From assembly GCA_030603385.1 (NCBI GenBank), contig JAUVXW010000036.1, positions 1 through 46,498 on the forward strand: a stretch of 46,498 bases of DNA. Reading direction: 5' to 3'. This stretch comes from Promethearchaeota archaeon. GTDB taxonomy: Archaea; Asgardarchaeota; Lokiarchaeia; Sigyniarchaeales; SOKP01. Shown here piece after piece: positions 19,161-28,661 of the stretch (position 1 is the first letter of the stretch; each line of letters starts with the position of its first letter). Under the pieces are notes generated by a model. The model worked only from the letters and a program-made list of their open reading frames with translations. It made no database searches and was not told where the DNA came from. A program made the translations under genes and the position numbers.

Positions 19161-19514
19161 ATGGTTGATAAAAAAGTTCTAGAAGGGAAATTGGCAGAAC
19201 TCATGGATATCGTTCCTGAATGTGAGGGTTTGATAGCTGCTGATACAAATGGAAAAGTATTGATTGGTCAAACAATAACCGATATAGATCATGGAAAAAT
19301 AGCTAAGGCATGTGCTGCTATTATTAAGGATTCAAACAATCTTGGTAAAGATATTGGTAAAGGTGGCTTAAAAACAACAACTATTGAATTAGACAATGGA
19401 TTTGTTGTTCTGGTAGGTTCTGCAAAAAACGTTTTAATCGCTTTAGCCGGATCGGATGGGAGGAGTTCCCTTGCGCTTTTGAAAAGAAACTTAATATCAA
19501 TATCTAACTTATAA
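19161..19514 (+). CDS. Roadblock/LAMTOR-like domain protein
   Basis: 'CEGLIAADTNGKVLIG' and 'TTIELDNGFVVLV'. Confidence 0.8.
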   Translation: MVDKKVLEGKLAELMDIVPECEGLIAADTNGKVLIGQTITDIDHGKIAKACAAIIKDSNNLGKDIGKGGLKTTTIELDNGFVVLVGSAKNVLIALAGSDGRSSLALLKRNLISISNL

Positions 19515-19572
19515 TTTAATTTTATTTTCTCCTTTTCAAAAGTAACAAAAAAGAAATTGTTTTAGAAGTCGC

Positions 19573-22500
19573 TTATTTCTTTGGTTTTTTCTTCTTTTCA
19601 GATAAACCTCTTTCTTCTAATAAGGAATCTAAATCTGTCTTTTTCTCTGGTTTAGCTTCTTCTTTCTTTTTAGGTGCTTTTTTAGGTGCTTTTTTAGGTG
19701 GTTCCGGTTTCTTAAGTTCAGAGACCATTACATATTTCCCTTTTCTTGGTCTTCTTTCGATTTCTTCAACAGGTTCTTCGATTCTTTTTCTAACTTTGAG
19801 TGCATAAATTATAGCTAAAATCCAGACCAAAGCAAAGAGAGCTATCATGATAAACATAAATAGTTTGAAAAAATAATCGGACAACGGGGTATCGAATACT
19901 TTAAAAGAGGAGTGTTCCGAAACGGTGATATTTTCACCTGTTAGAATATTCTGAGCTGTAATTGAAAAATTTATTTCAAATCTATCAATTTGAGGAATCT
20001 CAATTTCAATTATGATTTCTGTACTTTCATCTGGCGAAAGCTTATTCAGTTTAATATTATTTATTTCTACGATCGAGTGTTGTAAATCGCCCTCAATATT
20101 AACAGAAATATTAAAAAATCTCAAGTTTGAGTCCCCAAAGTTATTTATCGTAATTTTCAGCGTTGTAAATTTACTTTTATAGATAAATATATCATTTTGC
20201 TTAATCGAAATTGAAAAATTGTTTATCTCTTGGATTAGTTCAATCGTTATATTCTTTGAAACCCCATTTATTATATCACCATCCCAAGATAATCTTAAAA
20301 TTAGGTTTTCTTCTTCATCAAAATCTATAGCTGCCGTATTTATTAAAAATGCAACAGAACCATTAGTATCAGTAAAATCTGAACCAATATTCATCCAAGA
20401 TCTACTAGAATTATAATACTCACAAGTGACATTTTTAGCTGGTAATTCATCACCAAATTCAGTTGTTAAGATTGAACTAACATTAATAATCTCACCAGTC
20501 CTAGGATAATCTGGAGTTATAGTTATATCAGTGAATTTACTATTAAGATTTAATGAAAACTTCTCATCGAACTGTTTATAACTACTAACATAATTTTCAT
20601 CGATTATGTTAACTAAAAATGAAGTATTATCCGGATAGTAAAGACATTCATCTCTTTCAAATTCATATAATAGACTTCTACTCGTCATTTCTTCTGTTAC
20701 TGTTAAACCAAGGATGTAACCTTCATAATTTTCACTCGTTTCGTTGCTTAACAGTGAAAAATCGGCACTTTCAAATACTCCGACTTCAATATCATCGATT
20801 GATAAAGTAACTATTGCTTTCACACCTCCTAACCTGATAGGTGCGTTTATACCTTCCCAAGTATTTGTAACCACATCTAAATTTGGGATTGTAAGGTTAA
20901 CGTCGAATTCATAGGTATTATCAGGAGCTCCTGAAAAATTTAGATTAATAGTTGGTGAAGTATTTTCAGCTATAATCCAATCTTCATTAACATATGAAAC
21001 TAATTTAATATTAACTGTAACGTCAACAGGGATAAAGGGATGTATATTTTGAACGGTGGTTTTAAAGTTAACTATTTCGTTTGGGTTTAAAACATCTTCA
21101 CTTTGTAAAAAAGAGTTCATTAAAATGGATAGTTCTTGTCCTCCTATTTCATAAGAATATACTTGGTTTAAATCTGAATTATTTATAGGATAAAAGTTCG
21201 GTGTAGAAATCCCAGTATCATTTATAGAAGCAATTAATATTGTGTAGTCTTGAAAGACTTTATTATTTAATTCCCCAATAAGAACATTACTATCTAAATT
21301 TGATAAATAAGTACAATTATATAATTCAAGGTCGTACGCATCTATATATATAGTCAATTTTTTACATCCTATAGCAGAACCATTGGACCAAAAGAACCCT
21401 AACTCATATTCCCCAAATTCAGAAAGATCTTTTGTTATATCTAGAATGGTGTTGTTATTGAAATCATAAGATAATACAGATTCATCAACAATTCCAGATG
21501 AAGATAATATATCCGCATTTGGATACCTTGTACCATTTGGATAAAAAAGCGTAGCATTCACATCGCCGCTCAGAGGTGCTTTAAAATTATGATCTTGTAT
21601 TTCTACACTAATAGAAATATTATCTCCATACATGAAACCATTTGTCTCCCACAAAGTTCCATAATAATTAATATAACTATGCATTTCATCAATGAAATTA
21701 TAACTCGTTAAATTAAGTGTATATATTCCTTCAAGATTTGAAAAAGTCTTATTAATTACTAATTTGAATTTGTTTGGGCTATCTGTCACAATTGATTCTT
21801 CCTCTAATAGCCAAAGAAACTCTTCATCATCTGGATTTGTTAAATTATGAGCACTCATAAAATTGGGGTATACGTACCAAAATTCAATATAATCCCAATT
21901 ATCAAAGTTCGGATCTGTTTTATTAAAATCGAAGTTCAATGCCCATTCGGGATTTTCATTATAAGTTGCGTTATAGTATGCTACAGCACCGTCAATCCAA
22001 TAGGCATTTACAGAATAACTAACGTTAAATTTAAACCCTTCTATAATACTTCTATTCCAATTTAAGTAAACTTGGAATTCATCAGAAGGAGTATCTTTAA
22101 TTACGGTTGCAAATATATGATTCCATCTTCCTAAACCCCATGTTAAGTAAGAACTTTCATTAAATGGATATGAACTAATCTCTAAATTATCTATTGTCAT
22201 ATCTTGAATCCTTAATGTATTGTTATCATTGAAAATAAAATCAGATGGCATATAACCCCTAGTAACATTCAGCTTAAAAGAGCTAGCATCTAGATAAAAG
22301 TTCGTATAATCCTGGTAATCTGTTTCTACTACTTTATTAGCAAAATTCCAATTACTACCTTCATCGTCTGTAGTAATTAATTGATGTTCAGATCTCCCAT
22401 AAGCTTCTCCATAATCACGATCAGGCATTGTAACCAAGCTATATACTTGTTTTGGATTAGTTGATTTTATGACAACAAAATAGTTTGAGAGGTTTAAATC

Positions 22501-23685
22501 TTGAGTGTTAGTAATATTAAATTCAAAATAAGATAATTGATCATTAGTATAGCTAACCAGTTGAGTATCGAGCATTTCATTATAGTCTGGACTCAACCTC
22601 ACAGTCTTTAAATTACTATCTGTACGAACCACTGTTGCGTTTGATCTGTATAAAGTAATATTTAACTGGGTGCTTGCTGCTGCAGTTAGATTCAATGTTC
22701 TTATCCAGGCATAGAATCCATTAACAGTTGATTGTGCACCCTTTAAGTCAAATTCTAATGCAACATACTCTTGATCAGTTATAGGGAAATCGAAAGCATA
22801 GGTAGATTGCATATCAAATTCATATAACCTTGTTATAAATGGAGCTTGATCATCTCTTTCAAAAATAAACTGAATATAACAAGTACTTGTTAGATCAATG
22901 AAATTTAAGTTTTCATTGATGAAATGCTCGTTTAGTTCTTGCTTATTTAAACTACTGTTAATAGGGAGATTAGATATCAACTCTTTCCAAGTAGACTGCG
23001 AAAAATCTTTTATTCTTACTGTTAAATTTACGTCGTTATAAACTCTGAGAAGTAAAGATGAAATTAAAGCTAGAATGTTAGACCGATTAAATTCGACATT
23101 ACCATTGATAACACCTACTTCAGTAAATATTGTATCTGTGAAATTAGCCCTAATAGTAAAATTTAGGAGACCTTGTGTAGCATTATATTCAACATAATTA
23201 TCAGTATCTCCATCCATCATATAATTGTCTTGTCCATCACGTCGAGAACCATTAGTGAAAGAAACTCCTGAATTGCCTGTGTCATAATCAAAAGAGATAA
23301 AATTTTCTGCATAAAGCGCATCATCATCTTCAAGAACATATTCCGTGGTAAAGTTATTTTGAAACGTGAAGTTAAAATCTCCATAAGTGAGATACATATC
23401 ATCTGAAGTAATTGATGGTATTTCGAAAAAGCCCTGATTATCGTTGAGATTTTCAGATTCGTTATTCACGTATATTCTTACGTCTTGATCAACACCAAAA
23501 CCCGTGATATAATCATCTATTTCGAGATTAGCACTATTTGGTAATTCTTTTAATTGGTCATTATCAGTTATATTTTCATATAAAGGATTAGAATGATTAA
23601 TAATTTGCACATTACTTAACAAAACTATTGAAATGAAAATTACGACAATAACTACGCTTTTAATTTCTTTTTTTTGTCGAATCAA
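19573..23685 (-). CDS. Large N-glycosylation-rich cell-surface/S-layer-like protein with Ig/CARDB-like domains, C-terminal TM and Lys-rich tail
   Basis: Signal/TM near the likely TTG start at 23685 (the ORF is open to 23778). Many NxS/T sites, 'ITINNFGD', a C-terminal TM and a KKAP-rich tail. Confidence 0.75.
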   Translation of the reverse strand: MIRQKKEIKSVVIVVIFISIVLLSNVQIINHSNPLYENITDNDQLKELPNSANLEIDDYITGFGVDQDVRIYVNNESENLNDNQGFFEIPSITSDDMYLTYGDFNFTFQNNFTTEYVLEDDDALYAENFISFDYDTGNSGVSFTNGSRRDGQDNYMMDGDTDNYVEYNATQGLLNFTIRANFTDTIFTEVGVINGNVEFNRSNILALISSLLLRVYNDVNLTVRIKDFSQSTWKELISNLPINSSLNKQELNEHFINENLNFIDLTSTCYIQFIFERDDQAPFITRLYEFDMQSTYAFDFPITDQEYVALEFDLKGAQSTVNGFYAWIRTLNLTAAASTQLNITLYRSNATVVRTDSNLKTVRLSPDYNEMLDTQLVSYTNDQLSYFEFNITNTQDLNLSNYFVVIKSTNPKQVYSLVTMPDRDYGEAYGRSEHQLITTDDEGSNWNFANKVVETDYQDYTNFYLDASSFKLNVTRGYMPSDFIFNDNNTLRIQDMTIDNLEISSYPFNESSYLTWGLGRWNHIFATVIKDTPSDEFQVYLNWNRSIIEGFKFNVSYSVNAYWIDGAVAYYNATYNENPEWALNFDFNKTDPNFDNWDYIEFWYVYPNFMSAHNLTNPDDEEFLWLLEEESIVTDSPNKFKLVINKTFSNLEGIYTLNLTSYNFIDEMHSYINYYGTLWETNGFMYGDNISISVEIQDHNFKAPLSGDVNATLFYPNGTRYPNADILSSSGIVDESVLSYDFNNNTILDITKDLSEFGEYELGFFWSNGSAIGCKKLTIYIDAYDLELYNCTYLSNLDSNVLIGELNNKVFQDYTILIASINDTGISTPNFYPINNSDLNQVYSYEIGGQELSILMNSFLQSEDVLNPNEIVNFKTTVQNIHPFIPVDVTVNIKLVSYVNEDWIIAENTSPTINLNFSGAPDNTYEFDVNLTIPNLDVVTNTWEGINAPIRLGGVKAIVTLSIDDIEVGVFESADFSLLSNETSENYEGYILGLTVTEEMTSRSLLYEFERDECLYYPDNTSFLVNIIDENYVSSYKQFDEKFSLNLNSKFTDITITPDYPRTGEIINVSSILTTEFGDELPAKNVTCEYYNSSRSWMNIGSDFTDTNGSVAFLINTAAIDFDEEENLILRLSWDGDIINGVSKNITIELIQEINNFSISIKQNDIFIYKSKFTTLKITINNFGDSNLRFFNISVNIEGDLQHSIVEINNIKLNKLSPDESTEIIIEIEIPQIDRFEINFSITAQNILTGENITVSEHSSFKVFDTPLSDYFFKLFMFIMIALFALVWILAIIYALKVRKRIEEPVEEIERRPRKGKYVMVSELKKPEPPKKAPKKAPKKKEEAKPEKKTDLDSLLEERGLSEKKKKPKK
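19667..19700 (-). repeat. 12-bp coding tandem repeat x3 (PKKA)
   Basis: tttttaggtgct repeated on the + strand. Confidence 0.85.
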
Positions 23686-23851
23686 GAAAATAACCGTAAT
23701 ACATAACTTTTGATTATAAAATAATTTCAAAGTATTAAAATTTCCTAAATATTTTAATTTTATCAGATAGATTAACAATATGACAAAATATTTCTATCTA
23801 TCAAATTTTTCATTAATAGAAACAGCAAGAATTAATAGAGAGGGAATGTAA

Positions 23852-25204
23852 TTGAGTGAAGAATTAATACTTTCTGAAATTGAAAATAATAGAGAAGAAT
23901 ATATCGAATTTCTAAAAGAGCTAATTCAAACTGAGTCAGTAAATCCTCCAGGCAATGAAAAAAATGTGGCATTAAAGATTGAGAAATATTTGAAGCATGC
24001 CGAAATTAATTGTGAGGTTTTTCCATTTGGAGATAATCGTGCTAATTTAATGGCAACATTGAATGATAATTTTGATGGTAAGAATCTTTTATATAATGGA
24101 CATATGGATGTTGTTCCTCCAGGATCAGAAGAAGAATGGAAGTATCCGCCTTTTTCAGCAACGGTTAAAAGGAAAAGAATATATGGTAGAGGCGCCACAG
24201 ATATGAAGGGAGGATTAGCGGCTATAGTTATTGCCTTAAAGATATTGAAAAGACTAGATTTAGAATTATCAGGAAATCTGATTTTAAATGCTGTAGCTGA
24301 TGAAGAAACTGGTGGATTTTTAGGAACGAAATGGCTGGTTGAAAACAAATTAACTACAATAAAGTGTGATTTTGTCATAGTAGGAGAGCCAACAGGGCTA
24401 GATCCCCTAGGGAAAGCTTCTATAGTAGGGGAAAAAGCACGAATTGAAATAAAAATAGTTACAAATGGAATTTCCAGTCATGCTGCCATACCTTTTGCTG
24501 GAAAAAATGCCATTTATATGATGAGTGAGATAATCCAAAATCTAGATAAGTTAGGAGAGTTTCTTCCAAAAATTAAGCCCCCAATGTCTTTAAGTGAATT
24601 AAAGGAAAACGTGAGCATTGCTTTTCCAAGTAAAGAAATTTTTGAAAAAATCTTGAGCGAACAACCCCTATTACAAAATATCATTGAAGCTAACACTCAA
24701 TTTGTATCAAGTTTAAATATGATTAAAGGAGGAATAAAACCAAATGTTATACCAGATCTATGCGAAGCGATAATGGATTTTAGGCTATTACCTGGGCAAA
24801 CTACCGAAATGATTCTGGGAGCATTGAGAAAAGTTATAAATAGTTTAGGATATGAAATTAAAAATGAGCCAACAGGAAAACCAGAAGATATTTTTGTCTA
24901 TTTAGAAGTATTTAAAGATGCTAAGGCATCTTATTGGAAAGATTGGAGAAAATCAAAAGAGTTGAAACATTTTAGTAGTATAGTTGAGAAAATTTACAAA
25001 AAAAAGCCCATTCCTTTCTTCTTTCCAGCAGGTGCTGATGCTTCTCATTATCGTAATAGCGGCTATTGCGCCTCAACGATACTATTTGGACCTGGATTAG
25101 CAACTACCTCTCATGCAGTTAATGAATATATAGAAATTCAAGACTATATTAAAGCCATTAAGGTATTTACATTGTTTGCTTATAGTTTTTTAAAAAAACA
25201 TTGA
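23852..25204 (+). CDS. M20 family ArgE/DapE-like deacylase/peptidase
   Basis: 'NGHMDVVP', 'GRGATDMKGG', 'ADEETGG', 'GEPT' and 'SHAVNEY'. Confidence 0.92.
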   Translation: MSEELILSEIENNREEYIEFLKELIQTESVNPPGNEKNVALKIEKYLKHAEINCEVFPFGDNRANLMATLNDNFDGKNLLYNGHMDVVPPGSEEEWKYPPFSATVKRKRIYGRGATDMKGGLAAIVIALKILKRLDLELSGNLILNAVADEETGGFLGTKWLVENKLTTIKCDFVIVGEPTGLDPLGKASIVGEKARIEIKIVTNGISSHAAIPFAGKNAIYMMSEIIQNLDKLGEFLPKIKPPMSLSELKENVSIAFPSKEIFEKILSEQPLLQNIIEANTQFVSSLNMIKGGIKPNVIPDLCEAIMDFRLLPGQTTEMILGALRKVINSLGYEIKNEPTGKPEDIFVYLEVFKDAKASYWKDWRKSKELKHFSSIVEKIYKKKPIPFFFPAGADASHYRNSGYCASTILFGPGLATTSHAVNEYIEIQDYIKAIKVFTLFAYSFLKKH

Positions 25205-25320
25205 ATTATTTTATTCATTAAATCTTCTCATTTTCTTGATTTGTGGAATATAGAAATTTATAAGATTTTACTACTATTATTTTATTAATTTTAGATAAAT
25301 AAAGTCTTTTTAGAGATACT

Positions 25321-26517
25321 TTGCCAGATATAAAAATCGAAGATACAGTGATATTACTTGATTCGTCTAGATCCATGCTAAGAAAGGATTTCAAGCCTAG
25401 TAGATTGGCTGCGGAGCTTCAGACAGTAAGAAATTTCATCTTATCAAAATTATCAATTGATACGAAAGATAGAATTTCAATAATTTCATTTGGAGATATC
25501 ACGAAAAGATTAATTGATTTTGCAATTGACGCTGATAAATTAATTGCATCACTAAAAAAGATTCAGATTTCTGGTAAAGGTATATTACATGAGGGGATAG
25601 CTTTTGCTTTACAAGTTTTAGTTCAGGAGATGCGTATAATTGGAGGAAAAACCTCTCGAATTCTCATAATAACTGATAGTAAATTAGAAATTGACATAAA
25701 TAGGTTAGAAAAAATAATAAATATTGCTAAGGGATTAGGAGTTTATATAGATACTTGTCAATTAGGTGGAATTCAAGATCATGGAAAATTATCTTTGAAA
25801 AGAATTGCTCAACTAACAAGAGGGGAATATGTTCACTTTAATAATTCTAAAGAACTGTTGGATGGTATTAAAGCATTGGCTTCAAAAAAAGAGGTAAGAC
25901 AAACTTCTGATTATTTCTCTCCGGAGAAAAAAGAAAATATGGCACCCTTAGTTAGCGAAATTGCATTACCATTAAGAAAGCCAGCAATCTTAGAATTCAG
26001 GTTAATGATGAGCGGAAAAAACAGAACGCAAGAAAAGTGTCATATTTGTCATTCTGTAAAAGCTCCCGCTACGGGATCTGAATTTTATACCGAAGGTAGA
26101 TATTGTCCTTCATGTGATAGGCCTATGCATTTATCATGTGCTGCAATGTGGAGTACGAGAGACTCTCTCGTACAGAGAGAATATAAGGAAAATGTATTTC
26201 GATGCCCATTTTGCTTCTTTTTATTAGAATTACCAAGAGCAGCATTAAAGTTAGTTAAAGAAAAAGATGAAGAATCTCAAGAAATAAGAATACTAGAAGA
26301 AGAACGAGGAAAAGAGTCAAAAATGTTACTGATCCCTGATAAAGATATTGACCAAATTGATGCTTCATGTTCATATTGTCATAATATTTTCTTAGGGGAT
26401 TATCATGTTTACCAATGCGATAAATGTGGTTCATATTATCATCTGCCATGTCTTGAAAAGATGAAAAATGAAATTAACGCTTGTAGATACTGCGGAGCAA
26501 GAATTGTTGTTGATTAG
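25321..26517 (+). CDS. VWA (Ssl1/p44- or Rpn10-like) domain + two C4HC3 RING-variant/PHD-like fingers
   Basis: 'VILLDSSRSMLRKDFKPSRL'. Finger 1 is CHIC..CPSC..HLSC..W..CPFC and finger 2 is CSYC..CDKC..HLPC..CRYC. Confidence 0.75.
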   Translation: MPDIKIEDTVILLDSSRSMLRKDFKPSRLAAELQTVRNFILSKLSIDTKDRISIISFGDITKRLIDFAIDADKLIASLKKIQISGKGILHEGIAFALQVLVQEMRIIGGKTSRILIITDSKLEIDINRLEKIINIAKGLGVYIDTCQLGGIQDHGKLSLKRIAQLTRGEYVHFNNSKELLDGIKALASKKEVRQTSDYFSPEKKENMAPLVSEIALPLRKPAILEFRLMMSGKNRTQEKCHICHSVKAPATGSEFYTEGRYCPSCDRPMHLSCAAMWSTRDSLVQREYKENVFRCPFCFFLLELPRAALKLVKEKDEESQEIRILEEERGKESKMLLIPDKDIDQIDASCSYCHNIFLGDYHVYQCDKCGSYYHLPCLEKMKNEINACRYCGARIVVD

Positions 26518-26602
26518 TCTGCTATTAATAAGATAAAAATATCTCGTTTAGTTGAAAATATTTAAGCTAATATTCGTTCTATATATAAACGAGTGTAATT
26601 AG

Positions 26603-28660
26603 GTGATTAATTTAGCGAATATTTCAAAAGGTAAATGGATTGTAACTTCTGCATGGCCTTATGTGAATGCTACGCCTCATTTGGGCAATTTAATTGGAAG
26701 TACTCTGTCAGCAGATGTATTTGCAAGATTTCTGAGGATGAAAGGAGAAGAAGTGGTGTTTGTTTCTGGATCGGATTCTCATGGAACTCCCATTTCTGTG
26801 GAAGCGAAAAGATTGAATGTTCCAGCCGAAGAATTAGCTATGAAGTATCATAAAATCATAAAAGGCTTACATGAGAGATGGCAGATATCATTTGATAACT
26901 ATACGATAACTCACAATCCAACACATATCGAATTTGTAAAAAAGATGTATTTGGACATCCAGAAAAATGGGTATGTAATTGAAAAAGAAATAGAATCACT
27001 ATTTTGTGGAAATGATAACTTGTTCTTGCCTGATAGATTTGTAGAAGGGACTTGTCCCCACTGTAAAGATGATGGTGCTAGAGGAGATCAATGTGATAAG
27101 TGTCAAAAAATATTAACACCATTAGAATTGATAAATTCCAGATGTGCAATTTGTGGAGACACTCCAGTCATTAGGAAAACAAAACATTGGTATTTAGATT
27201 TACCTAAATTACAGGATCGATTGAATAAATTAATTGATGAAAATGAAATTATACCCCCAAATGCTCGACAGATGTGCTTAAATAGTATTGCAGAAGGATT
27301 ACCAGAACGAGCAATTACACGAGATCTAGAATGGGGAATTCCCGCACCCTTCAAGGGTGCTGAAAATAAAACTATATATGTATGGTTCGAAGCCGTATTA
27401 GGCTACATCACTGCCGTAAAAGAATGGGCAGATAAGCTGATTAATAGGTCCGACAAATTTGATTACTTTTGGAAGGATCCTAATACAAAAACGGTCTACT
27501 TTATCGCAAAAGATAACATTATATTTCACTTAATTGTATTTCCAGGATTATTAATGGCTTATAATAAGGACAAAAAGGAAAGTGATAAACTTGTATTACC
27601 ATATAATGTCTCATCTACAGAATTCCTGATGCATGAGAATGAAAAGTTTTCTAAATCAAGAGGAATTGGGATATTGATTGATGATGCGTTAAAATTAGCA
27701 CCTCTTGATTATTGGAGATTTAGTTTGATATTTAATCGTCCAGAAACGAGAGATACCTCTTTCCTATGGTCTGAATTTGAAAATAATATAAAAACACTTA
27801 ATGATAACATTGGTAATTTTATCCATCGGACTTTAACATTTATAGAAAAGCAATTTAATAGCAAAGTGCCTGAAAAAATAGAATATGATGATACTGATAA
27901 AAAGTTTATAGAAAAAGTAAATAATATTAGCCTAGATGTAGGAGAAAGTCTACTTAATTTTAAAATAAGAAAAGCAATAAGAGACGTAGTTAATTTTGGA
28001 AAAGAAGGGAACATATTTTTGAATGAAAAAGCCCCATGGCATTTGATTAAAAAAGATAAAAAAGCTGCTGGTCATGTATTTAATATATGTGCTCAAGCAG
28101 TTTATGCTTTAGCAGTTTTATTAGGTCCATTCATACCAGAAACTTCTGAAAAGATCCTTTCTTATTTAAACGCTCCAAAATTAACTGAATCATCATGGGA
28201 TAGTATTAATGAAAATTCGATAAAAGCAGGACAAAGTATTAAGAAACCTAGACCTCTTTTTCAAAAGTTGGAGATTGAGGAAATTAAAAAAGAATATAAA
28301 AAATTAAAAGAAAAAAAACCAAAAGAAGGTGAGAAAGAATTGATTTCTTATGATGATTTTCAAAAATTAGATATACGAATAGCATTAGTTGAAAAAGTTG
28401 AAAAAGTTCCTAAAGCAGATAAACTGTATAAATTAACAGTAAGTTTAGGAACAGAAAAAAGAATAATTGTAGCAGGATTGGCTGAATATTATAAAGCCGA
28501 TGAATTAGCTGGTAAAAAGATTACAATTTTAGCAAACTTAGAACCTAGAAAGTTAAGAGGGATTTTAAGTGAAGGAATGCTCCTAGCAGCAGATTATGAA
28601 GATACTGTGTCTATTTTAGTACCAGATAAAGATATACCCGCCGGTGCTAATATAAAATAA
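26603..28660 (+). CDS. metG: Methionine--tRNA ligase with C-terminal tRNA-binding domain
   Basis: 'TSAWPYVNATPHLGN', zinc knuckles, 'YVWFEA', 'KFSKS' and a C-terminal Trbp111-like domain. Confidence 0.98.
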   Translation: MINLANISKGKWIVTSAWPYVNATPHLGNLIGSTLSADVFARFLRMKGEEVVFVSGSDSHGTPISVEAKRLNVPAEELAMKYHKIIKGLHERWQISFDNYTITHNPTHIEFVKKMYLDIQKNGYVIEKEIESLFCGNDNLFLPDRFVEGTCPHCKDDGARGDQCDKCQKILTPLELINSRCAICGDTPVIRKTKHWYLDLPKLQDRLNKLIDENEIIPPNARQMCLNSIAEGLPERAITRDLEWGIPAPFKGAENKTIYVWFEAVLGYITAVKEWADKLINRSDKFDYFWKDPNTKTVYFIAKDNIIFHLIVFPGLLMAYNKDKKESDKLVLPYNVSSTEFLMHENEKFSKSRGIGILIDDALKLAPLDYWRFSLIFNRPETRDTSFLWSEFENNIKTLNDNIGNFIHRTLTFIEKQFNSKVPEKIEYDDTDKKFIEKVNNISLDVGESLLNFKIRKAIRDVVNFGKEGNIFLNEKAPWHLIKKDKKAAGHVFNICAQAVYALAVLLGPFIPETSEKILSYLNAPKLTESSWDSINENSIKAGQSIKKPRPLFQKLEIEEIKKEYKKLKEKKPKEGEKELISYDDFQKLDIRIALVEKVEKVPKADKLYKLTVSLGTEKRIIVAGLAEYYKADELAGKKITILANLEPRKLRGILSEGMLLAADYEDTVSILVPDKDIPAGANIK

Positions 28661-28661
28661 T

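Noticed and set aside
23686-23778. N-terminal 31 codons of the 1401-aa ORF call
   Set aside because: Probably promoter/intergenic sequence. A signal-peptide-like N-terminus begins at TTG 23685.
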